Assembly: GCA_947589535.1 (NCBI GenBank)
Contig: CANQAS010000004.1
Coordinates: 1-48,952, forward strand
Reading direction: 5' to 3'
DNA from: an uncultured Bacilli bacterium
GTDB taxonomy: Bacteria > Bacillota_I > Bacilli_A > RF39 > UBA660
DNA: 48,952 nucleotides
Shown here: positions 30,273 through 41,354 of the stretch, piece by piece
Layout: every line of letters begins with the position of its first letter
How positions within the stretch are numbered: the stretch's first letter is position 1
The notes under the pieces: generated by a model
What the model saw: only the letters and a program-made list of their open reading frames with translations
Database searches by the model: none
What the model was told of the DNA's origin: nothing
Made by a program: the position numbers and the translations under genes

Positions 30273-31520
30273 ATGCAAATTATTTTACTTGATGAAACTA
30301 GATTTGACGCTTTTGCAATAAATCACCCTCGACATAACTATTATCAAACGAGTAATTATGGAAGACTTATGACTAAAAATGGACATAATGCTTATTATTT
30401 AGGATTAGTAGATGATATAGGTGAAATTAAAGCTGCTACGTTAATGATTGTTAAAAACAGAAAAAATGATAGAAAAAAAATGGGATACTGTCCTCGTGGC
30501 TTTTTAATTGATTGGGAAAATGATGAACTCGTTAAACTTTTCACAGAATCTTTAAAAGATTTTCTATCAAAAAGAAACTTTACATATGTAAAATTAGATC
30601 CTATGATTATATATAAAGAACATAACCTAGACGGAAGTGAAAAATCAATAGAAAATCCAAATGCTAATTTTACTAAGAAACTACAATCATTAGGATATAT
30701 TCATATGGGTTATAATAATGGTATGGAAGCTTCAAAGCCTAGATGGAATGGACTAACATTTATGAATACTGATATAACAAGCTTATATAATTCTATTTCC
30801 AAAGAAGCTAGAGAAAAAATAGTAGAAGCCGTGAAAATGGGAAATAAAGTATATAAGGGTGAACAAAATGATATTACATTATTATATAATTTAATTAATA
30901 GCAGTGTTCCACCAATAGATTATTATTATAATTATTATCAATTTTATGGACCTACAAGTTTTGAAGTATACTTTAATAAATTAGAACCCATAGAATATGT
31001 TAACGCAAGTAAAAAAGCTTATGAAGATGAAGAAGAAAATAATAATAATTTAAACATGCAAATGCAAGATTTTAACCAACCTAATAAAGAAATGATAATA
31101 AATGAAAAATTAAAATCTGATGAAAGATTAGCTAAATATAAGAAAAATATGCTTGAAGCTAGTAAATTATTCCAATCATATCCAAGTGGTTTAGAAACAG
31201 CCGGTGTTGCAGTTATTAAATATGGTAAAACAATTACTTTTTTAGCTAGCGGTGTTAATGAACAATTTAAAGATCAACATCCTGAATATTTACTAAAATG
31301 GCAGCTAATGCAAGAATTTGCAAAACAAGGTTATACAATAGTTAATCTAGGTGGCTTAACAAGTGATCTAAAAAAGGATTATAATAGCATAGTAAAAACT
31401 GAGCTTGCTAATAAAATTGTTGAATACGTTGGAGAATTTGACCTAGTAATAAATAAGAAAGCTTATTATACTGGAACGAAATTAAATCCTATATTTAACT
31501 GGCTTAATACACCTATTTAA
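30273..31520 (+). CDS. FemAB/MurM-like peptidoglycan bridge peptidyltransferase
   Basis: YYQTSNYG, YCPRGFLID, VKLDP, coiled-coil insert, LKWQLM, VEYVGEFDL; GGAGG SD and TTGACT-N18-TATAAT promoter. Confidence 0.88.
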   Translation: MQIILLDETRFDAFAINHPRHNYYQTSNYGRLMTKNGHNAYYLGLVDDIGEIKAATLMIVKNRKNDRKKMGYCPRGFLIDWENDELVKLFTESLKDFLSKRNFTYVKLDPMIIYKEHNLDGSEKSIENPNANFTKKLQSLGYIHMGYNNGMEASKPRWNGLTFMNTDITSLYNSISKEAREKIVEAVKMGNKVYKGEQNDITLLYNLINSSVPPIDYYYNYYQFYGPTSFEVYFNKLEPIEYVNASKKAYEDEEENNNNLNMQMQDFNQPNKEMIINEKLKSDERLAKYKKNMLEASKLFQSYPSGLETAGVAVIKYGKTITFLASGVNEQFKDQHPEYLLKWQLMQEFAKQGYTIVNLGGLTSDLKKDYNSIVKTELANKIVEYVGEFDLVINKKAYYTGTKLNPIFNWLNTPI

Positions 31521-31546
31521 AACAGGTAATAAATTACCTGTTTTTT
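31519..31546 (+). terminator. Terminator of the FemAB-like gene
   Basis: AAAACAGGTAAT-AA-ATTACCTGTTTTTT. Confidence 0.8.
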
Positions 31547-31928
31547 AATTTTCTACTTCACACAATTTTTATTAAATAACTTACTTTTATAATATTAAAG
31601 ATATATGTTTTCAAACTTTATTTTAACATCTTTCAACTTTATATATCTTAAATCAATATTAAAGTTTTATTCTTATATAAGAATATTATAGGAAACGCAC
31701 TAATCATCAATAAATTATTAGTAATAAAAGACTGATAATTTACAAGGTAAAGTCCAAAATTTACTGGAAAGTCTTAATATATCAGTTTTAAGTTGTTCTG
31801 ATATCTATATTTTTAATTTGTAAATATATCGTGTCTTATTGCTTAACATTTGCTACCCAAGATGATTATAAATTAAAAACAAATATAAATTTATAATACC
31901 TATATTTTAACTCATTACAAAACAATAT

Positions 31929-31957
31929 AAAAAAGACATTCAAAGGAATGTCTTTTT
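31929..31957 (-). terminator. tuf terminator
   Basis: AAAAAAGACATTC-AAAG-GAATGTCTTTTT. Confidence 0.85.
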
Positions 31958-31968
31958 ATTAACCACAA

Positions 31969-33153
31969 TTAAGCATCAATTTTAGTAACTGTACCAGCAC
32001 CAACAGTACGTCCACCTTCACGGATAGAGAACTTAGTACCATTTTCAATTGCGATTGGAGCAATTAATTCAACAGTCATATTAACATTGTCACCAGGCAT
32101 AACCATTTCAGTTCCTTCTGGTAATGTAACAACACCTGTTACGTCAGTAGTTCTGAAATAGAATTGTGGTCTGTAGTTTGAGAAGAATGGAGTATGACGT
32201 CCGCCTTCTTCTTTGCTTAATACATAAACTTGAGCTTCAAATTTAGTATGTGGAGTAACTGAACCTGGTTTAGCAAGTACTTGTCCACGTTGTACATCTT
32301 CACGTGAAATACCACGTAATAATACACCAGCGTTATCTCCTGCTTCAGCATAGTCTAGTTGTTTACGGAACATTTCGATACCAGTAACAACTGTTTTTTG
32401 AGTAGGTTTTAAACCAACGATTTCAACTTCGTCATTTAATTTTAATTGTCCACGTTCAACACGTCCAGTAACAACTGTACCACGACCAGTGATAGTAAAT
32501 ACGTCTTCGATAGACATTAAGAATGGTTTTGTGTTGTCTCTTTCTGGAGTTGGGATCCATGTATCAACAGCATCCATTAATTCATCAATTGCCTTTTGAT
32601 ATTCAGGATCTCCTTCAAGAGCTTTTAATGCAGAACCACGGATAACTGGAGTGTTATCTCCATCATATTCATATTTGTTTAATAGTTCACGAACATCCAT
32701 TTCTACTAAATCTAGCATTTCTGGATCATCAACCATATCACATTTGTTCATGAATACAACGATTCTTGGAACACCAACTTGACGAGCAAGTAAGATGTGT
32801 TCTTTTGTTTGAGCCATAGGACCATCAGTTGCAGCAAGAACAAGGATTGCTCCATCCATTTGTGCAGCACCAGTAATCATGTTTTTAACATAATCAGCGT
32901 GTCCTGGGCAGTCTACGTGAGCATAGTGACGTTTGTCAGTTTCATACTCAACGTGTGCAGTATTAATTGTTATACCACGTTCTCTTTCTTCAGGAGCTTT
33001 ATCGATGTCTGCATAGTCTTCGAATTTAGCTTGTCCCTTTTCAGCTAATCTTTTAGTGATTGCAGCTGTTAAAGTAGTTTTACCATGGTCAACGTGTCCA
33101 ATAGTACCAATGTTAACATGTGGTTTTGAACGATCAAATTTTTCTTTTGCCAT
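31969..33153 (-). CDS. tuf: Elongation factor Tu
   Basis: [33 protein letters not shown]. Confidence 0.99.
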   Translation of the reverse strand: MAKEKFDRSKPHVNIGTIGHVDHGKTTLTAAITKRLAEKGQAKFEDYADIDKAPEERERGITINTAHVEYETDKRHYAHVDCPGHADYVKNMITGAAQMDGAILVLAATDGPMAQTKEHILLARQVGVPRIVVFMNKCDMVDDPEMLDLVEMDVRELLNKYEYDGDNTPVIRGSALKALEGDPEYQKAIDELMDAVDTWIPTPERDNTKPFLMSIEDVFTITGRGTVVTGRVERGQLKLNDEVEIVGLKPTQKTVVTGIEMFRKQLDYAEAGDNAGVLLRGISREDVQRGQVLAKPGSVTPHTKFEAQVYVLSKEEGGRHTPFFSNYRPQFYFRTTDVTGVVTLPEGTEMVMPGDNVNMTVELIAPIAIENGTKFSIREGGRTVGAGTVTKIDA

Positions 33154-33188
33154 ATTATTTTTTTCCTCCCTAAATAAATTACATATAT

Positions 33189-33231
33189 ATTTTATCTAAT
33201 CTAAAGGAAAATAGCAAGTATTTTCCTTTAG
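33189..33231 (-). promoter_or_regulatory. Internal tuf promoter overlapping a fusA-tuf hairpin
   Basis: TTGCTA-N17-TAAAAT; hairpin CTAAAGGAAAATA/TATTTTCCTTTAG. Confidence 0.6.
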
Positions 33232-33240
33232 GATTATTTA

Positions 33241-35313
33241 TTATTGTGCACCATTTTTCTTAATGATGTCTTCAGCAATACTCTTTGGTACTTCTTCATA
33301 ATGATCAAATAACATCATAAATGTTCCACGACCTTGAGTATTAGATCTTAAACTTGTTGCGTAACCAAACATTTCTGATAATGGTACGTAAGCATTAATC
33401 TTAAGTGAGTTACCTTGTGCTTCTTGTCCCATTGGACGTCCACGACGAGATGTAATATCACCCATTACGTTACCTAAATATTCTTCTGGAACAACTATAT
33501 CAACTTTCATTATTGGTTCTAGAAGTACTGGATTACAGTGTTTTTTAGCCTCTTTAAGGGCTAACGATGCAGCAACCTTAAATGCCATTTCGTTTGAGTC
33601 AACATCATGATAAGAACCATCAAATAATGTTGCTTTAACATCAATCATAGGATATCCAGCTAAAACACCAGTTTTCATTGCTTCTTGTAATCCTTTATCT
33701 ACCACAGGAATATATTCACGTGGAACAACTCCTCCTACGATAGCATCAACGAATTCATAACCTTTATCCTTATTTGGTTCAAATTTAACCCATACGTGAC
33801 CGTATTGACCACGACCACCTGATTGTTTAATGTATTTACCTTCACAATCACCAGCGCTAGTTAAGGTTTCACGGTAAGCAACTTGAGGTTTACCAACGTT
33901 TGCCTCAACACCAAATTCACGTCTCATTCTGTCTACTAATACATCCAAGTGAAGTTCACCCATACCAGATATAACAGTTTGACCAGATTCTTGATCAGTT
34001 TCTGCTCTGAATGTTGGATCTTCTTCTGCTAATTTTTGTAATGCAGTAGCCATTTTTTCTTGATCTCCCTTACTCTTTGGCTCAATAGCAATTGAGATAA
34101 CTGGTTCAGGAATGACCATCTTTTCTAATATTACAACATGTTTTTCATCACATAAAGTATCACCTGTTGTAGTGTTCTTTAATCCAACTGCAGCAGCTAT
34201 ATCTCCAGCATAAACTTCAGATATTTCTGTACGGTTGTTAGCATGCATTTGTAATATACGTCCAATTCTTTCCTTAACACCTTTATTGGCGTTAAGTACG
34301 TATGAACCACTCTTTAGTGTACCTGAATATACACGGAAGAATGATAATCTACCTACGAATGGGTCAGTCATGATTTTAAATGCTAATGCAGCAAATGGTT
34401 CAGTATCTGAAGCATGCTTTTCAATTTCATTATCATTTTCATCATGTCCCTTAATTGCAGGAATATCAGTTGGAGCTGGTAAATAATCAACAACTGCATC
34501 TAGCATTAATTTAACACCAATGTTACCTAATGCAGTACCACACATAACTGGGAACATCTTAACTTCAAGAACACCTTTTCTGATAGCTCTCTTAATTAAT
34601 TCCTCAGAAATTTCAGCACCTTCTAAGTATTTTTCCATTAATTCTTCATCAAATTCAGCAGCATCTTCAATCATAGCAATTCTTTTTTCTTCTACTATGT
34701 CTTTTAAATCTGCAGGAATTTCAATTTCAGTAGGGTTTTCTTCTGGTTTACCATCATAATGATAAGCCTTCATTGTAACTAAGTCAATGATACCATCAAA
34801 TTCTGATTCAGCACCAATTGGCCATTGGATTGCAGTTGCTTTAACTCCTAATCTTGCTTTTATTGATTCAACACTAGCTGCAAAGTCTGCACCCATTTTA
34901 TCCATCTTGTTTGAGAAAACAAGTCTTGGAACGTGCATTTCAGTTGCTTGACGCCAAACGTTTTCGGTTTGAGGTTCAACGCCATTTTGTGAGTCAAGTA
35001 CTGTAACAGCACCATCTAATACTCTAAGTGATCTTGTAACTTCAATAGTGAAGTCTACGTGTCCTGGAGTATCTATAATATTTAAACGATTACCCTTCCA
35101 GAATGCAGTAGTTGCAGCGGAAGTAATAGTAATACCACGTTCTTTTTCTTGTTCCATCCAGTCCATTTGTGACTCACCATCATGAGTTTCACCTATTTTG
35201 TGGATCTTGTGAGTATGGAACAAAACACGTTCCGTAACAGTTGTTTTACCAGCATCAACGTGAGCCATAATACCAATGTTACGAGTGTTTTCTAATGAAT
35301 ATTCACGAGCCAT
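33241..35313 (-). CDS. fusA: Elongation factor G
   Basis: [50 protein letters not shown]. Confidence 0.99.
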   Translation of the reverse strand: MAREYSLENTRNIGIMAHVDAGKTTVTERVLFHTHKIHKIGETHDGESQMDWMEQEKERGITITSAATTAFWKGNRLNIIDTPGHVDFTIEVTRSLRVLDGAVTVLDSQNGVEPQTENVWRQATEMHVPRLVFSNKMDKMGADFAASVESIKARLGVKATAIQWPIGAESEFDGIIDLVTMKAYHYDGKPEENPTEIEIPADLKDIVEEKRIAMIEDAAEFDEELMEKYLEGAEISEELIKRAIRKGVLEVKMFPVMCGTALGNIGVKLMLDAVVDYLPAPTDIPAIKGHDENDNEIEKHASDTEPFAALAFKIMTDPFVGRLSFFRVYSGTLKSGSYVLNANKGVKERIGRILQMHANNRTEISEVYAGDIAAAVGLKNTTTGDTLCDEKHVVILEKMVIPEPVISIAIEPKSKGDQEKMATALQKLAEEDPTFRAETDQESGQTVISGMGELHLDVLVDRMRREFGVEANVGKPQVAYRETLTSAGDCEGKYIKQSGGRGQYGHVWVKFEPNKDKGYEFVDAIVGGVVPREYIPVVDKGLQEAMKTGVLAGYPMIDVKATLFDGSYHDVDSNEMAFKVAASLALKEAKKHCNPVLLEPIMKVDIVVPEEYLGNVMGDITSRRGRPMGQEAQGNSLKINAYVPLSEMFGYATSLRSNTQGRGTFMMLFDHYEEVPKSIAEDIIKKNGAQ

Positions 35314-35328
35314 ATTTCTTTCCCTTTC

Positions 35329-35817
<489 letters not shown>

Positions 35818-35833
35818 TTACTTTAATTGTTTC

Positions 35834-36247
35834 TTATTTTTTAGGTTTTTTAGCACCGTACTTAGATCTAGCTTGCTTTCTATCAGCAACACCTGCAGTA
35901 TCTAAAGTACCTCTTATGATGTGATAACGCACACCGATTAAGTCTTTTACACGACCACCACGTATTAATACTACGCTGTGTTCTTGTAAGTTGTGTCCTT
36001 CACCTGGAATATAAGCTGTAACTTCGTAACCATTACTTAAACGTACACGAGCGTACTTACGTAATGCTGAGTTTGGTTTCTTTGGTGTCATAGTACCAAC
36101 ACGAGTACATACTCCACGTTTTTGTGGAGAGTTAGCACTTAAGTTTTTCTTCTTTAGAGTATTAGTTCTAACAAGTAAAACTGGTGCCTTTGGCTTACGA
36201 ACTTTCTTCTTTCTTCCATGACGAAGAATTTGGTTTATTGTAGGCAT
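35834..36247 (-). CDS. rpsL: 30S ribosomal protein S12
   Basis: [32 protein letters not shown]. Confidence 0.99.
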   Translation of the reverse strand: MPTINQILRHGRKKKVRKPKAPVLLVRTNTLKKKNLSANSPQKRGVCTRVGTMTPKKPNSALRKYARVRLSNGYEVTAYIPGEGHNLQEHSVVLIRGGRVKDLIGVRYHIIRGTLDTAGVADRKQARSKYGAKKPKK

Positions 36248-36254
36248 AATTTCT

Positions 36255-36370
36255 GCTCCTTTCTTAACACACTACCTGGTGTTTCATTTTAAATATATTT
36301 TTAAGCCTTACAAAGTAAGACTTAAATAATCAGCTTTTATAATATAACACTAAAATTGTTATATTGTCAA
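36255..36370 (-). promoter_or_regulatory. str operon promoter and structured leader
   Basis: TTGACA-N18-TATATT; leader hairpins TTTAAGTCTTAC/GTAAGGCTTAAA and ACAC-CAGGTA-GTGT before the SD. Confidence 0.6.
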
Positions 36371-36376
36371 TATATA

Positions 36377-36601
36377 TTATGCAGCTTTGTCTGCACTAAC
36401 GTTGCTTTTTAAACCATATTTTTGATTAAACTTCTCAGCTCTACCTGTCTTTGATTGCATAGTAGCTTGACCAGAATAGAATGGATGACATTTTGAACAT
36501 ACTTCTACGTGAATTTTATCATTAATAGATTTTGTTTCAAAAGTTGCTCCACAAGTACATGTAACTGTTGAAGTTTTGTAAATACTTTCTTTTTTAGGCA
36601 T
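36377..36601 (-). CDS. rpmE: 50S ribosomal protein L31 (zinc-binding form)
   Basis: CTCG...VCSKCHPFYSG...GRAEKF. Confidence 0.97.
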   Translation of the reverse strand: MPKKESIYKTSTVTCTCGATFETKSINDKIHVEVCSKCHPFYSGQATMQSKTGRAEKFNQKYGLKSNVSADKAA

Positions 36602-36610
36602 AATCAATTG

Positions 36611-36646
36611 CTCCTTTCGCCATGACCTATGATTTCGGTCATAGAT
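36611..36646 (-). promoter_or_regulatory. Putative L31 leader RNA
   Basis: CTATGACC-GAAATCATA-GGTCATGG hairpin followed by CGAAAGGAG abutting the SD. Confidence 0.5.
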
Positions 36647-36678
36647 TTAAAATCCTTTATATTATAACAAGTGTTTGA

Positions 36679-37440
36679 TTATTTTGCAAGTATTTTTTTA
36701 TCTATATTATTAATAACAGCTCGAGACATAGCCTTATATCCATCTTTTGTAGGATGAATCTCTAATTTTGAAGGTAAATAATTATTATTTGCCGAGAATG
36801 TATCATGTATATCAACAAAAGTCATATCATACTTTTTAACTAAATTTTCCATCTTTCCATTAGCATATAAAATAAAAGGTTCTATCATGTTTGCAAGCGT
36901 TGATGAATAATTAGTAAATGGGTTATAAAATCCAAATACCATTATTTGCTCTTTACATGATTTTCTAAGTTCAAAAAGTAATTTATTAACATCAATAATG
37001 GATTCATCTATGTAAGTATATATATCATCCATTTCATTTAAATCAAATTCATTACCTATATTTAATTTATAAAATAAATCATTTGATCCAATACTAACAG
37101 TTACTATATCCGCTTTTATTAAGGCATGTTTTAAAGTGATTTCTTTACCATTAACTTTGATTTTTTTATTATTATTAAGATCATTAAGCAAATCTATACT
37201 TCGGTAACCACTTTTAGCAAATCCTTTCGTATAAAATTCTAAAACTTTTTTATCTTTTAAATAATCAGCTACGTAATCGCCATAGCTTTCAGAAATAGTA
37301 TTGTTAGGAGTCTGTCCAGCTGCTAATGAATCTCCTAAAGATAAATAATAAATTTGCTTATCACGGGTAATAAAAAATATACTAATTAATATTATTCCTG
37401 TTATTATAAACCCGATAAGTAACTTGTACCTTCTTTTCAT
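36679..37440 (-). CDS. SGNH/GDSL hydrolase with N-terminal TM
   Basis: LGDSLAAG, IGSND, EIHP..GY. Confidence 0.92.
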   Translation of the reverse strand: MKRRYKLLIGFIITGIILISIFFITRDKQIYYLSLGDSLAAGQTPNNTISESYGDYVADYLKDKKVLEFYTKGFAKSGYRSIDLLNDLNNNKKIKVNGKEITLKHALIKADIVTVSIGSNDLFYKLNIGNEFDLNEMDDIYTYIDESIIDVNKLLFELRKSCKEQIMVFGFYNPFTNYSSTLANMIEPFILYANGKMENLVKKYDMTFVDIHDTFSANNNYLPSKLEIHPTKDGYKAMSRAVINNIDKKILAK

Positions 37441-37518
37441 CATATCACCCTTTAAAATAAAAAATAGTATTTTTACATCAATACTATTTTATTTCAATTA
37501 TATAAATATATTACCAAA

Positions 37519-37752
37519 TTACTTAATTTTACCAGGTTCTTTTAAATCATTATCTAAATAATTTTCAACAGGAACATGACTCGTAGAAACATCATTTACT
37601 TTATCTATTTTTTGTTCGGGTTGTGATATTGTATCAGTTATAACTGGTTTATTTCCTATTATTTTATTTATATCTTCCTTAGTTGGTAATTTAAATCCGC
37701 TAGGAATATATGTTGTGGTATAACCATCACTATATTTTATAGCTTTTGCCAT
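37519..37752 (-). CDS. Hypothetical 77-aa protein translationally coupled to murA
   Basis: TAATG overlap; GGAGG within the murA 3' end; terminator-like hairpin at about 37455-37493. Confidence 0.65.
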   Translation of the reverse strand: MAKAIKYSDGYTTTYIPSGFKLPTKEDINKIIGNKPVITDTISQPEQKIDKVNDVSTSHVPVENYLDNDLKEPGKIK

Positions 37753-39014
37753 TATTCATCGACCTCCTCCAATTTTATTTTTGCACCAACATTAGTTAGC
37801 TTTTCAACTATTCCTTCATAACCTCTTAAAATATAACCTGCGTTTTCAATTGTTGACGTACCTTCTGCAATTAATCCTGCAATAACTAGCGATGCACCAG
37901 CTCTTAAATCTGTTGCAGAAACTTCTTTACCTTTTAATTTTGTTGGACCCATTATAATTGCTTTAGATGTTGTTAATAATTCTGTTGTTGCGCCCATCTT
38001 GTTTAATTCAAATAAATTTAAAAACCTATTTTCCCATATGGTTTCATTAATTACAGATTTACCATCTGCCTGCGTTAACAAAGCAGCCATTGGTTGTTGT
38101 AAATCCGTTGGAAATCCCGGATAGACTTGTGTCTTTATATTAACTGGTTTTAACTTTTCAGGCGCGCTAATCTTTATGGAATCAACGCCTATTTCCATGT
38201 TAACTCCGGCTTCTTCTAATTTTGAAATTAATGATTCAACATGTTCTGGTATTATATTTTTAATTTCAATATCCTGTCCAACTACACTAGCTAATATCAT
38301 ATATGTTCCTGTTTCTATATAATCAGGGACAACTTCATGGAAACATGAATGTAAGTACTCTACTCCCTCTATTTTAATTTCACTTGTTCCAGCACCACTT
38401 ATTTTTGCACCCATATTATTTAAGAACGTAGCCACATTAACTATATGAGGTTCTTTCGCAGCATTAGAAATTATTGTTGTACCTTCAGCCTTAACTGCTG
38501 CTAGCATTAAATTTATTGTCGCTCCAACGGATGCAAAATCTAAGTTTATTTTATTACCTATTAACTTATCAGCAGTTATTATAAATAAATTATTTTTTTC
38601 CTCTACTTTAGCACCTAATGCTTCAAAACCTTTTAAATGTAAGTTTATTGGTCTAGCACCTATTGAGCATCCTCCCGGAAAATACATTTCTACCTTTTTA
38701 AACTTACTAAGTAATGCTCCCATAAAATAGTAAGACGCTCTTAATTTTTTAGCAATTTTTTCTGGTATTAATTTATTTTCTATTTTAGATGAATCTATTT
38801 TAATTGTGTTACCATCACGCACAACATCCGCATTTAAAAAATTTAATATCTCATCTAATGCATCAATATCAGAAATATTTGGTACGTTTGCAATAGTTAC
38901 TTCCTCATCACATAAAACCGTCGCTGGTATTAAAGCAACTGCGCTATTTTTAGAACCACTTATCTTTATTTGACCAGTTAACTTTTTATTTCCCTCGATA
39001 ATTATTTTGTACAT
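37752..39014 (-). CDS. murA: UDP-N-acetylglucosamine 1-carboxyvinyltransferase
   Basis: SGSKNS, LRASYY, PGGCSIGARP, SVGAT, PGFPTDLQ, DLRAGA; fba-murAB synteny. Confidence 0.97.
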   Translation of the reverse strand: MYKIIIEGNKKLTGQIKISGSKNSAVALIPATVLCDEEVTIANVPNISDIDALDEILNFLNADVVRDGNTIKIDSSKIENKLIPEKIAKKLRASYYFMGALLSKFKKVEMYFPGGCSIGARPINLHLKGFEALGAKVEEKNNLFIITADKLIGNKINLDFASVGATINLMLAAVKAEGTTIISNAAKEPHIVNVATFLNNMGAKISGAGTSEIKIEGVEYLHSCFHEVVPDYIETGTYMILASVVGQDIEIKNIIPEHVESLISKLEEAGVNMEIGVDSIKISAPEKLKPVNIKTQVYPGFPTDLQQPMAALLTQADGKSVINETIWENRFLNLFELNKMGATTELLTTSKAIIMGPTKLKGKEVSATDLRAGASLVIAGLIAEGTSTIENAGYILRGYEGIVEKLTNVGAKIKLEEVDE

Positions 39015-39067
39015 ATTACTCCTCCATATCTTCTAAAGTATTTTATTAAAAAGCTTTAAAAAAGTGA

Positions 39068-39931
39068 TTAATTAGCCCTATTTACTGAATCAAACAACCT
39101 ATTTTTTTCATGTACAACTTTTTTTATTGCATTCTTACCTGATGATATTATTTTTCTAGGGTCATATTCTTCTGGATTACTTGCAATATAATTCTTTACC
39201 TTTTCTGCCCAAGCGAGTTGTATATCGGTATTTATATTTATTTTAGATATACCACAGAAAATAGCAGTTTTTATCTTATTTTCATCTAAACCAGATGCAC
39301 CATGTAACACAAGTGGTATTTTAACTGATTTACATATAGAACCTAGTAATTCATAATCTAGCTTAGGTTCACCTTTATATAATCCATGTTTATTACCTAT
39401 AGCTGGTGCAAGTGAATTTACGTTTGTTTGAAACACAAAGTCCTTGGCCTCATCAGGTGTAGAATAAATAGATGTATTATTATCATTACTATCTTCCTTA
39501 TTAAGAGAGCCTATTTCTGCTTCGATACTAATACCTCTATTGCTTGCATATTTTACTACTTTTATAGTTTCTCCAATATTTTCTTCAAAAGGTTTTGAAG
39601 ATGCATCGATCATTACAGAAGTAAATCCAGCATCAATAGCTTTCTTACAAGCTTCAAAACTTTTACCATGATCTAAATGTAATACAACTGGTATAGATAT
39701 ATTTAAACCATCTAAAAGAGATTTAACTAAACTATAAATAACCTTATATCCGCCCATATAATCTGCTGCACTTTCGGATACTGCCAATATAACTGGGCTT
39801 TTATCTTCTTCACAAGCTTCTAGAATATATCTCGTCCATTCTAAATTGTTTATATTATAAGCTGGTATAGCATAATTATCTTTTAATGCAGATTTTAATA
39901 ATTCATTACTATTTACTAACAAAACTTCCAC
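39068..39931 (-). CDS. fba: Class II fructose-bisphosphate aldolase
   Basis: HLDHG, SVMIDAS, EAEIG, GNKHG, LVLHGASG, KININT; GTG start. Confidence 0.93.
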   Translation of the reverse strand: MEVLLVNSNELLKSALKDNYAIPAYNINNLEWTRYILEACEEDKSPVILAVSESAADYMGGYKVIYSLVKSLLDGLNISIPVVLHLDHGKSFEACKKAIDAGFTSVMIDASSKPFEENIGETIKVVKYASNRGISIEAEIGSLNKEDSNDNNTSIYSTPDEAKDFVFQTNVNSLAPAIGNKHGLYKGEPKLDYELLGSICKSVKIPLVLHGASGLDENKIKTAIFCGISKININTDIQLAWAEKVKNYIASNPEEYDPRKIISSGKNAIKKVVHEKNRLFDSVNRAN

Positions 39932-39973
39932 CTTCTAAGCTTATTTTATCACATTTCTAACTATAGAAGAAAT

Positions 39974-40002
39974 AAAAACGCTAGAATTTACACTCTAGCG
40001 TT
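39974..40002 (-). terminator. Terminator of the 40015-41307 gene
   Basis: AAAAACGCTAGA-ATTTACAC-TCTAGCGTT. Confidence 0.75.
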
Positions 40003-40014
40003 AATTATTTACAT

Positions 40015-41307
40015 TTATGGAGTCAAAGTTTTTGATTTATCATTTACTGAATCATCAGAATAACTATACTCTGTACCTGGTTGAACATCATAATCATATA
40101 GATGCGATGTGGTTTCAGTTACAACACTAGTTGTACCAGTTGGTTTACCACCTGATTTTTTACTTGTTGTTTGATTCTTATTATCATCTGGAACGTCTAC
40201 AACATAAGTAGTTGTTTCTTTAGTAGTTGTAGCTGTTTTTACTTGTTCTTTATATGTACTATGCTTACCATTAGATTTTTTAGTTCCTCCAGCTACTTTT
40301 TTAGTAGTTCCAGTTCCATTAGTATTAGCTTTTGCAGCATCATCCTTATTATATTTTTCGCCTTCTCTTTTTACAGTACATGGCTCACCAGTTTTAGGCG
40401 GTAATATAATTCCAAAATCAGTCAATTTTGAAGAATATATTTCATTTAATATTTCGCCTTGAAAGTTTAAAATTAATTTTTTTAATTCTTCATAATCTTT
40501 TTTATTATTCTTATCTATTGATAATTCGAATACTGGAAGCCAAGGATCTATCCCTTGTAAAGCATGATAACGTTCACCATCAGATAAAGTATTATTTGAT
40601 AAAATTTGATCCATTATACGTAAAAACTCTTTCGAATTTTTTTCGCATTCATTAATATTTTCATTTTTTATATCGTTTTTTTCTTTATAAATTAATTTAC
40701 TTAACTCTAGTTGAATAGTATTATATCCTTTTACCTCTTTAGGCATTATACTATAAGGAATTGTGATTTGAGAAGGTAATTTATCCTTTAAATCTTTAAT
40801 GGTTTTTTCATCTTTACCATTTATAATATCCCTTTTTAATTTTTCGTATGTACCCACTCCATAATCTAATGAACTATATAATGTGTTTTGTTGGGCCCTA
40901 AACCACTCAAAAAACTCATCTCCCGGCATTTCTTTAAAGGAATCTTTCGTTAAAGCGTTATTCTTATCAAGAAATTCAGAATATAAAATTTTAATAAATC
41001 TAATATCAATTTTTTGTCCAGTTAATTTTTCTACCTCATCAAGAATTTCTTGTAACTCTTTATCACTCTTTATACTGTATGGTTTATATAATATACCCTC
41101 AGGATTAAAAACCTCATTAGTAGTTTCTTCATCATTCCCATTATTAACATCATTATTATCCGATACTGATGTTGATGTTTGTGCTTTATAATTATTAATT
41201 TCGTATTTTGCAAATATTCCTGCGCTTACAAACATAGTTCCTGCAGTAAGCAAAGCAATTATTTTTTTTATCAAACCATTTGAACCAGCTGTCTTTTTTT
41301 GAGCCAT
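40015..41307 (-). CDS. Hypothetical exported/membrane-anchored protein with Thr/Lys-rich tail
   Basis: Signal/TM segment KKIIALLTAGTMFVSAGIFA; SD GAGGGGG; exact start uncertain (41307/41310/41316). Confidence 0.8.
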   Translation of the reverse strand: MAQKKTAGSNGLIKKIIALLTAGTMFVSAGIFAKYEINNYKAQTSTSVSDNNDVNNGNDEETTNEVFNPEGILYKPYSIKSDKELQEILDEVEKLTGQKIDIRFIKILYSEFLDKNNALTKDSFKEMPGDEFFEWFRAQQNTLYSSLDYGVGTYEKLKRDIINGKDEKTIKDLKDKLPSQITIPYSIMPKEVKGYNTIQLELSKLIYKEKNDIKNENINECEKNSKEFLRIMDQILSNNTLSDGERYHALQGIDPWLPVFELSIDKNNKKDYEELKKLILNFQGEILNEIYSSKLTDFGIILPPKTGEPCTVKREGEKYNKDDAAKANTNGTGTTKKVAGGTKKSNGKHSTYKEQVKTATTTKETTTYVVDVPDDNKNQTTSKKSGGKPTGTTSVVTETTSHLYDYDVQPGTEYSYSDDSVNDKSKTLTP

Positions 41308-41354
41308 CAAAATCATCCCCCTCTTGTTTGAATGCCATATATATTAACACTTTT

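Noticed and set aside
31670-31696. dif-like sequence GTTTCCTATAA-TATTC-TTATATAAGAA (minus strand)
   Set aside because: Spacer is 5 nt rather than 6, the XerD arm is poor, and gene strand bias does not switch here.
38660-38680. Fosfomycin-resistant MurA
   Set aside because: The active-site Cys is retained (PGGCSIG).
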